This document shows, piece by piece, positions 16,991-22,750 of a stretch of DNA of 24,000 nucleotides. A program made the translations under genes and the position numbers. The notes beneath the pieces were generated by a model. The model saw only the letters and a list, made by a program, of their open reading frames with translations. It searched no databases and was not told the DNA's origin. The stretch is from the NCBI GenBank assembly GCA_045546535.1, contig JAZQDA010000173.1, forward strand, positions 20,116-44,115. Reading direction: 5' to 3'. Numbering within the stretch: the first letter of the stretch is position 1; each line of letters starts with the position of its first letter. The stretch is from Clostridia bacterium. GTDB taxonomy: Bacteria > Bacillota > Clostridia > UMGS1810.

Positions 16991-17341
16991 ATGATGTATA
17001 ATCACATCGTTGAAAACGCAATCGCGCAGATTGAAGCAACTCGCAATAGAGAAATTGAAGCGGCTCGTCAAAAGGCAACGCAAGAGGAAATCGTACCTTT
17101 TAATAGGGACATTGATGAGCATTTGAGAAATGCGATTGCAGAACTTCAAAAGCAACACAACGAAAAAATTGCAAATCTCCAAAAGGTTTTTGAGGCAGAA
17201 AAGGCATCTCTTGCCGAAGCCGCCGCGAAGAAGAAGGAGCAGTTTGCAGAAACCGCGCTTGCAACCGCCGTTTCCGTAATCAACGCAAAGGCAAACGAGA
17301 AGATTGCATATTTCAAGAAAGCCATTGACGAGGGGGCTTGA
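16991..17341 (+). CDS. Coiled-coil protein (116 aa), unknown function
   Basis: SD is GGGGGG. The sequence is an A/E/K-rich heptad-like helix throughout. Confidence 0.6.
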   Translation: MMYNHIVENAIAQIEATRNREIEAARQKATQEEIVPFNRDIDEHLRNAIAELQKQHNEKIANLQKVFEAEKASLAEAAAKKKEQFAETALATAVSVINAKANEKIAYFKKAIDEGA

Positions 17342-17343
17342 AA

Positions 17344-17796
17344 ATGAACGCGATTTTTGAAAATCAAGTTTCAGTTTATTGCATTATGGCAGTTTTGATT
17401 TTCGCACTTACGCAAGGTCTTAAATGGGCTTTTGTAAAGCCTTTCACGAACAAAATCAAGAACAAAAAGGTGAGAAAAGCGGTCAACACGACCATTTATT
17501 TCATTCCCTACGCCCTCGGCATTGGTTTTGAGTTTGTTTATTCCGTGATGATTATGCACGGCGAGTTCAACGCGGTTATGGGTATTATCCACGGCACTTC
17601 TGGCATTGCTTGCTACGGTGTGTTTGAGCGTTTTTACTCATTTATCACTGGCAAAAGTTCTAACATTGAAAACCCCTACGAAACAACCGAAACTGGTCGC
17701 GCTGTTCAAGAGCTTATGAAAAGCGTTTCCGAGGACGGCAAGTTTGACGAAAAAGACCACCCTGCGGTCACGGCGTTTCTTCAAAAAGTTAAGTAA
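17344..17796 (+). CDS. Holin candidate (three TM helices plus charged C-terminal tail)
   Basis: The ATG follows GAGGGGG. TM helices are VSVYCIMAVLIFALTQGLKWAF, IYFIPYALGIGFEFVYSVMIM and AVMGIIHGTSGIACYGVF, followed by a hydrophilic tail rich in E/D/K. Confidence 0.55.
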   Translation: MNAIFENQVSVYCIMAVLIFALTQGLKWAFVKPFTNKIKNKKVRKAVNTTIYFIPYALGIGFEFVYSVMIMHGEFNAVMGIIHGTSGIACYGVFERFYSFITGKSSNIENPYETTETGRAVQELMKSVSEDGKFDEKDHPAVTAFLQKVK

Positions 17797-18386
17797 TGAA
17801 GCCGATTAAAAAAGCAATAATTATATGTTGGGTTATGCTCGTTGCGTGTTTCGCTATCAAACTTTTCGGTGGAAACTAGTTTGATGCCGTTTGCACCAAC
17901 GAGCATTTTGTAAATATATGCAGAATAGTTGATAATAATTGGTTTTTATATTATCCCATCGGACTATCTTTATATGTTTTGTCTACTATTTTCGTAGTTT
18001 TATCAGTATCAAACTACAAAAGATTTAGTAAAAAAGGGTTTTTGACACTTATTTGTGTTTTAATTTTATTGTGGTCAACACAATTTATTTCATCTACAAC
18101 AAAATTTTTCGCAGACACTTTGTTTTTGATTTTTTCTCCGTTGGTAATACATTTAATACAAGAGAAAAATATTAAAAGTGTTATAAAAAGAAACTGGTAT
18201 AAAGGAATATTTTGTTTTTTAATAACATTTATATTCCAATTTATATCATTAGTAACAAAAAATGTTGGCATAAAAATAACAGACGATAGCACACTTGTAA
18301 CTGCAATATTGCTAATTGATTATTATATTATGATAATTCTATACTATCTGTATATGAAAAAATCAAAGGAGGGGAAAAATGGGTAA
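17796..18386 (+). pseudogene. Polytopic membrane protein ORF interrupted by one in-frame TAG (17877-17879); pseudogene or amber read-through gene
   Basis: The ATG at 17796 overlaps the holin stop (TAATG). The same frame stays open to 18386 apart from the TAG. The 135-aa table ORF has only a TTG start without an SD, and no ATG until near its end. Confidence 0.5.
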
Positions 18387-18528
18387 CTTTGGATTGCTTT
18401 TCTTTAGCGAGAGAATCGCACAACTCAAAGCGTTCCGCGCCACCCTTACCGACCCTGCACAGATTGCAGATGTTGATAGGGAAATCGCGGCTCTCGAAGC
18501 CAAGCAAGCAGAAAAGCAGGGCGAGTAA
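18379..18528 (+). CDS. Small peptide gene (49 aa), hydrophobic N-terminus and charged C-terminus
   Basis: Strong SD AAAGGAGGGG at 18366-18375 with ATG at 18379. The stop overlaps the next ATG (TAATG). Sequence: MGNFGLLFFSERIAQLKAFRATLTDPAQIADVDREIAALEAKQAEKQGE. Confidence 0.55.
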   Translation: MGNFGLLFFSERIAQLKAFRATLTDPAQIADVDREIAALEAKQAEKQGE

Positions 18529-19067
18529 TGAGTTGGCGAGTTAAGTTTCGGCTCTTTCAAGTGGCGACTTACGGGATAGTGTTTGCGACTATTGCGCTGA
18601 TGGCGGTTGTCACGGGAAAATACATTGAAACAATCGGTTTGTTTGTCAGTTTTGTTTCTTTGCGATACGCGTTTGAAAAGACTTGGCACTCAAAGTCGTT
18701 TTGGCGGTGCATTTTCATAAGTTGCGTTGTGTTTGTGGTGGCGATAGCATTTGTGCCGAATAAGGGCGTGAGCCTTTTGTCTTGCGTTGCTTTCGGCTTG
18801 TGCATTGACTATGTTGCTTACAAATACAAGGACTACGAAGATATACGCCTTGAATTATACAAGCCGTTCAATGTTGACACTTGCACAAGAGCCGAACTCT
18901 TAACTCGTTGCAGACAAGTCGGTTTATCCGAGGAAAACACGGAACTCGCGGTTGAGTTCTTTATTAAGAAAACCAAACAAAGCGAAATCGCAGACTGCCT
19001 TTGCATTAACGAGAAATCTGTGCAAATCCGAAAGAAGCGATTGCGACAAAAACTTAATAAAAATTGA
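18528..19067 (+). CDS. Membrane-anchored HTH protein: N-terminal 4-TM domain with AgrB-like H-x2-S-x3-C-x3-S motif fused to a sigma-70 region-4/LuxR-type HTH
   Basis: There are four hydrophobic helices in residues 1-100, including LRYAFEKTWHSKSFWRCIFIS. The C-terminus LSEENTELAVEFFIKKTKQSEIADCLCINEKSVQIRKKRLRQKL fits the region 4.2 HTH pattern. Confidence 0.65.
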   Translation: MSWRVKFRLFQVATYGIVFATIALMAVVTGKYIETIGLFVSFVSLRYAFEKTWHSKSFWRCIFISCVVFVVAIAFVPNKGVSLLSCVAFGLCIDYVAYKYKDYEDIRLELYKPFNVDTCTRAELLTRCRQVGLSEENTELAVEFFIKKTKQSEIADCLCINEKSVQIRKKRLRQKLNKN

Positions 19068-19105
19068 GATTGTATCCCTTTTGTGGGTGTGCAATCTCTT
19101 TTTTT
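19066..19105 (+). terminator. Rho-independent terminator
   Basis: A 9-bp stem pairs gagattgta (19066-19074) with tgcaatctc (19090-19098). Inner ccc/ggg pairing is also possible. A T7 run follows at 19099-19105. Confidence 0.7.
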
Positions 19106-19155
19106 ATTGCTAAAATGAGGGCAGAAAACAAAATAAATAACAAAGGAGAAACGCT

Positions 19156-19704
19156 ATGAACTACTATCCGTATTCTTCGCCGTATGGAGCGCAAAACAGA
19201 GCGCAGTATGGCGTTCCGTCCTATGGGGGCTATAACTACACTCCCCAACCCCAACAAATGCCCGTACAGCCCCAAAATCAGCCCCAAGCGCAACCTCAAT
19301 ACGAAATGCCAATACAATATGTAGGAAACGGAACACTAAAAGAAGCAGAAGCATATATATTGTTCCCAAGCCAAAAAGCATTTTTCATAGACAAATCAAA
19401 CGGAATGGTTTATGAGAAAGTTTGCGGTCAAGACGGGCAATCGTTTATTTCTCGCTTTAAGAGAATTGACGACACCGACGAAAACAAACCCGCAGAAAAA
19501 GAAAATCCCTCGCAACCCGATTTCAAGGATTTCGTTAAGTTGCAGGATATAAACAAGTTTGGATTTGCCACGATGGACGATATTAAAAATCTTGGATTTG
19601 CAACAATGGAGCAAGTCAAGGAACTTTCGCAGAAAATTGATACTCTACAAAATCAAAGAACGGGGGTAAAACAGAATGTCGGAACAAGCAAACCACAAGT
19701 GTGA
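19156..19704 (+). CDS. Q/P/Y-rich low-complexity N-terminus protein with small globular core and duplicated C-terminal motif
   Basis: SD is AAAGGAGA. Residues 1-55 are YPYSSPYGAQ...PQPQQMPVQPQNQPQAQPQYE. The motif GFATM(D/E)xxK occurs twice. Confidence 0.7.
   Translation: MNYYPYSSPYGAQNRAQYGVPSYGGYNYTPQPQQMPVQPQNQPQAQPQYEMPIQYVGNGTLKEAEAYILFPSQKAFFIDKSNGMVYEKVCGQDGQSFISRFKRIDDTDENKPAEKENPSQPDFKDFVKLQDINKFGFATMDDIKNLGFATMEQVKELSQKIDTLQNQRTGVKQNVGTSKPQV
19558..19623 (+). repeat. Tandem 33-nt (11-codon) duplication inside the 19156 gene
   Basis: tttggatttgccacgatgga at 19558-19577 versus cttggatttgcaacaatgga at 19591-19610. These encode FGFATMDDIKN and LGFATMEQVKE. Confidence 0.6.
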
Positions 19705-19819
19705 TTGCGGTAGCGCAAAAAAGATAAAATCTCTTGAAGCCCAAGTGTCAATTTTGAAAACTATGGTTGACGGGCTTTGCAAAGAACTCTCCACTTTGAG
19801 AAGGGCGGTAAGAAAATGA
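19676..19819 (+). CDS. Small coiled-coil protein (47 aa) with CxC motif
   Basis: The ATG follows GGGGG and overlaps the end of the previous gene. Its stop overlaps the next ATG (ATGA). It is below the ORF-table size cutoff. Confidence 0.45.
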   Translation: MSEQANHKCDCGSAKKIKSLEAQVSILKTMVDGLCKELSTLRRAVRK

Positions 19820-20058
19820 ATTGCGGTTACGATGTAAATCAAGCGTTGCAAAACCTTTTCGCTATGAAAAACGCAGGGCGCAACCCCCAACAAATTATGC
19901 AACTGCTCATTCAGCAAAATCCTCAAATCAAAAACACGCTCGGTACTCTGCAAAATATGGCGCAGGGCAAGTCGCCAAAGGAGTTTTTCTCCCAACTCGC
20001 TCGGCAAAACGGCGTGAACGAACAGAATATGGCTCAACTTATGGCTATGTTCCAATAA
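19816..20058 (+). CDS. Q/N/M-rich helical protein (80 aa)
   Basis: ATG at 19816 is coupled to the upstream small ORF. The table start at 19777 is a non-ATG codon without an SD. Confidence 0.6.
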   Translation: MNCGYDVNQALQNLFAMKNAGRNPQQIMQLLIQQNPQIKNTLGTLQNMAQGKSPKEFFSQLARQNGVNEQNMAQLMAMFQ

Positions 20059-20103
20059 TGGTATCGGCAACGGACTTTCAAGCGCGCAGAAAGAATGTTG
20101 TTT

Positions 20104-20112
20104 TGATATAAT
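20104..20112 (+). promoter_or_regulatory. Extended -10 promoter candidate (TGaTATAAT)
   Basis: TG at 20104-20105 and TATAAT at 20107-20112, in the intergenic gap 25 nt upstream of the ATG at 20137. No good -35 box was found. Confidence 0.4.
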
Positions 20113-20136
20113 TTATTTTTAAGGAGAATAACTAAT

Positions 20137-20880
20137 ATGTCTGGTTATTACGAAGGCGATTTGTGCCTTTCTAATGGAAACTCCAACAACGGTTGGAATG
20201 ATTGGTCTTGGATTATCGGACTTGCGCTTGTAGGCGGTTTGTTCGGTGGTTGGGGCAACGGCTTTGGCGGTGGCTTCGGCGGCGGTCGTGGTGGCTTCGG
20301 CTATCCTTGCTTTGATGCTCCTGCCACCCAAGCAGACCTCGCGGCTGGCTTCAACAACTCTGCCGTTCTGTCCTCGCTGAACGACATCAAACTCGGTCAG
20401 GCGCAGGCAATCAACTACAACAACCAAGGTTTCAGCGGTCTTAACGCAACCATCAACGCAGGTTTCAGCGGCGTTGACAACGCAATCTGCACCCTTGGCT
20501 ATCAGCAAGCACAACTTGTGAACGGTCTTTCCCGTGAACTCGCTGATTGTTGCTGTGCCACACAGCGTGCCATTGACAGTGTTAAATTTGAGAACTGCCA
20601 AAACACTGCGGCTATCGTAAACGCAAGCAACGCCAACACCCGTGCAATCCTTGATTTCCTCACGGGCGAGAAGATTGCGGCTCTGCAAGCCGAGAACAGC
20701 GGTTTGAAGGCGCAGATTTCCAATGACCGCCAATCGGCGTATATCATTGATGCACTCGCTCCGAAGTGCCCTCAGCCCGCTTTCGTCGTTCAGCCGCCTC
20801 AGCAAGTGACTTTCCCCACTAACTGTTGCGGCAATGTGGCATACGCTGGCTACGGCGCGTGCGGCGCAAGCGTTCAGTAA
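20137..20880 (+). CDS. Glycine-rich, cysteine-rich membrane/secreted protein (247 aa)
   Basis: SD is AAGGAGA. A TM-like segment is followed by a Gly run: WIIGLALVGGLFGGWGNGFGGGFGGGRGGFG. Cys clusters are CCC, NCCG and ACG. Codon usage is strongly biased and the gene is flanked by its own promoter and terminator. Confidence 0.75.
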   Translation: MSGYYEGDLCLSNGNSNNGWNDWSWIIGLALVGGLFGGWGNGFGGGFGGGRGGFGYPCFDAPATQADLAAGFNNSAVLSSLNDIKLGQAQAINYNNQGFSGLNATINAGFSGVDNAICTLGYQQAQLVNGLSRELADCCCATQRAIDSVKFENCQNTAAIVNASNANTRAILDFLTGEKIAALQAENSGLKAQISNDRQSAYIIDALAPKCPQPAFVVQPPQQVTFPTNCCGNVAYAGYGACGASVQ

Positions 20881-20929
20881 TCAAAACTGAATAATCGAAA
20901 CGAGGACTAATTATCCTACCAAATTCCAA

Positions 20930-20962
20930 GGGGCAGGGGCAACAGTCCTTGCCCCCACTTTT
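20930..20962 (+). terminator. Rho-independent terminator
   Basis: A 9-bp GC-rich stem pairs ggggcaggg (20930-20938) with ccttgcccc (20947-20955), with one G-U pair. The loop is 8 nt and TTTTT follows at 20958-20962. Confidence 0.7.
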
Positions 20963-20979
20963 TATAAGGAGAAAACGAA

Positions 20980-21429
20980 ATGTTACTGATTGGCACTAAA
21001 AATATTGGCACGCAGACCGTACTTGCGGACGGCGTTGTCAACATCGGCACTACCTACCGCAAGTTCTGCAAAAGAAATCGTTGCGGCGTTCCCACTTTTG
21101 GCGTGACCGCCAACGGCGTAACCCTCAACACCGAGGGCATTTACCACATCACCGCGGTTTTTGTTGGTAGCGGCTCTGCGGCAGGCGACCTTACTATTGC
21201 GCTTGCGCTCAATGGCGTTCTTGTGGACGGCGCGGTTTCCACCCAGACCATCACCACGGCTGACACCGAAATCCGCACTTGGGTTATCGACTACTACGCC
21301 AAGGTTGACACCGATTGCGTTCTCGGCGTGACAAGCACCGATGCGCAGACTGTTTCCTTTGTGAATACGAGCGAAGCCATTGATGCAACTTTCACGAGCG
21401 TGGTTGTAAACATCGACAAGGTGGTATAA
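20980..21429 (+). CDS. Stand-alone BclA C-terminal-like (C1q/TNF-like jelly-roll) domain protein
   Basis: GIYHITAVFVGSGSAAGDLTIALALNGVLVDG ... SVVVNIDKV resembles the remembered B. anthracis BclA C-terminal domain pattern GFYKITVIAN...LTIQVNGVPVPG ... SIIIEKV. Confidence 0.55.
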   Translation: MLLIGTKNIGTQTVLADGVVNIGTTYRKFCKRNRCGVPTFGVTANGVTLNTEGIYHITAVFVGSGSAAGDLTIALALNGVLVDGAVSTQTITTADTEIRTWVIDYYAKVDTDCVLGVTSTDAQTVSFVNTSEAIDATFTSVVVNIDKVV

Positions 21430-21433
21430 GGCT

Positions 21434-22243
21434 ATGGACGAGAGAATGATGTATGACGGGCGCAGACTTCCCCCTCGCAACTCTCGCGGTGAGTTTATGA
21501 GCCGTGGGCGTGGCAGAGGTCGGCGCGGCGACAGAGGTATGGACTACGGAGATATGCGCGGCGATATGCGTATGCGCGATGGTCGCGTTATCCGCAGTTA
21601 TCCCACTATGCACCCCCAAGGCGACTACGGCGATATGAACTACGATATGGAGCGTGGTGGCAGAGGTCGCGGAGGTAGAAGCCGTGGCGATTATGGCGAC
21701 TATCGTGGCGATATGCGCGGTGGCGACTACGCTATGGACGGTCATTATCCGCAGGGTCAAGGCGCAACCTACTATCCCATTCAAGCAATGGGAACTTTTG
21801 AGGGTTATTATGGTATGCCTGAACAAGATTACGCGCGTGGGCGCGATTACGGCTACGATATGCGTGGCGGCTATGGTCGCCGCGACTACGGCGATTACGG
21901 CTATGACGATTACGGCGATTTCGGCGAAACGCTTTCCACCGAGGAGCTTAAAAGGTGGGAACACAAACTTATGGAGCAACTTGACGAGCGCGAGAAGCAG
22001 ATGTTCCACAAGGACACCATTATGCAGAAAATCAAGCAAATGGGAAAGCCGATGGAAGGTTTCGGGGAAAAGGAACTTTACACGGCAACCCTCATGGTCT
22101 ACACCGACTATAAGCAAAGTATCGGCGCAAATCCCGACCTAGCCGTGAAACTCGCCTATGATTGGCTTTCCGACAAGGATGTTGCCGTCAAGGGCGCGGA
22201 AAAACTCGCCGTTTACTACGATTGCATCGTTGAGGGCGAATAA
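21434..22243 (+). CDS. RG/DY-rich intrinsically disordered N-terminal region (about 160 aa) fused to a helical C-terminal domain
   Basis: Recurring units are RGRGRGRRGDRG, GDYGDYRGDMRGGDY and RRDYGDYGYDDYGDFG. An ordinary helical sequence follows from ETLSTEELKRWEHKL onward. Confidence 0.75.
   Translation: MDERMMYDGRRLPPRNSRGEFMSRGRGRGRRGDRGMDYGDMRGDMRMRDGRVIRSYPTMHPQGDYGDMNYDMERGGRGRGGRSRGDYGDYRGDMRGGDYAMDGHYPQGQGATYYPIQAMGTFEGYYGMPEQDYARGRDYGYDMRGGYGRRDYGDYGYDDYGDFGETLSTEELKRWEHKLMEQLDEREKQMFHKDTIMQKIKQMGKPMEGFGEKELYTATLMVYTDYKQSIGANPDLAVKLAYDWLSDKDVAVKGAEKLAVYYDCIVEGE
21491..21930 (+). repeat. Low-complexity coding repeats (GGCGA(C/T)TACGG / CGCGG(C/T)GATATGCG variants)
   Basis: Imperfect short direct repeats are visible at the DNA level. 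They generate long spurious ORFs in other frames and on the minus strand. Confidence 0.6.
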
Positions 22244-22617
22244 TGGCGGCTTTCCGTTATTACAATCGTAACGATGACCCAACAATTCACCGAAACGATT
22301 GTGTAACAAGGGCAATTTCCCTTGCAAGTGGCTTGCCGTATTCAGAGATAAGGCGAAAACTCCGTAATACGGCAAGTTTACTTGATTGCGAGAGTTCATT
22401 GTGCCCTACTTGCTATTCCTTCCTCATTCAAGAAGTGTTGGGCGGTGTTCCGAAAGATTGTTACGGAATGACAGTTGGAGAATTTGCCGACAAACATTCA
22501 AATGGGACTTACCTTATAAGAATATCGGGACACCTAACTTGCCTCATAGACGGAATTTTATATGACTTGTGGAATTGTCTTGATAAGCCGTGTTCGCTTG
22601 CTTGGGAAATTCGCTAA
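22243..22617 (+). CDS. Small putative cysteine peptidase-fold protein (Cys20 / His97 / Asp103 or Asp108 candidates)
   Basis: NDCVTRAISLASGLPYSEI near the N-terminus and ISGHLTCLIDGILYDLW near the C-terminus fit the papain/C39/CHAP-like Cys...His...Asp order. TAATG coupling to the upstream gene. Confidence 0.4.
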   Translation: MAAFRYYNRNDDPTIHRNDCVTRAISLASGLPYSEIRRKLRNTASLLDCESSLCPTCYSFLIQEVLGGVPKDCYGMTVGEFADKHSNGTYLIRISGHLTCLIDGILYDLWNCLDKPCSLAWEIR

Positions 22618-22630
22618 AATTGAATAAAAG

Positions 22631-22661
22631 GCAAGGTTGACAAAAACGACCTTGCTTTTTT
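22631..22661 (+). terminator. Rho-independent terminator closing the late/cargo transcription unit
   Basis: The stem pairs gcaaggttg (22631-22639) with cgaccttgc (22647-22655), one of the nine pairs being G-U. The loop is 7 nt, a T6 run follows at 22656-22661, and an A-tract lies upstream. Confidence 0.75.
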
Positions 22662-22697
22662 GTTATATATGCACTAATAATTTTTATTGAAAAACTA

Positions 22698-22726
22698 TTG
22701 ACAAATTCCATAAGTTGTGGTAGAAT
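22698..22726 (+). promoter_or_regulatory. Near-consensus sigmaA/sigma70 promoter with extended -10 (early promoter candidate)
   Basis: TTGACA at 22698-22703, a 17-nt spacer, TG at 22718-22719 and TAGAAT at 22721-22726. SD AAGGAGG and the ATG at 22751 follow. Confidence 0.7.
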
Positions 22727-22750
22727 AGTGGCAAGAAAGGAGGTAGCCCG

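Noticed and set aside
19107-19140. Promoter for the cargo cluster (TTGCTA ... AAAATA/ATAAAT) downstream of the 19066 terminator
   Set aside because: The -10 candidates match the consensus poorly or have the wrong spacing. I cannot support it from sequence alone.
20075-20093. Weak hairpin (ctttc/gaaag) after the 19816 gene as a terminator
   Set aside because: The stem is only 5 bp and AT-poor, with a 9-nt loop and an interrupted T-run. It is not convincing.
20119-20805. 228-aa minus-strand ORF antisense to the Gly/Cys-rich gene
   Set aside because: It is an artefact of GC3-biased codons. The sense gene has a promoter, SD and terminator in the + orientation.
21392-22142. 241-aa minus-strand ORF and 162-aa alternative plus-frame ORF in the RG/DY repeat region
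   Set aside because: Short tandem repeats keep several frames open. Only the 21434 frame has a start context and continues into a non-repetitive domain that is coupled to the next gene.
22637-22669. TTGACA inside the terminator hairpin as a further promoter
   Set aside because: The best downstream -10-like hexamer (TATATA at 22664) gives a 21-nt spacer. The hexamer is more simply part of the stem-loop.
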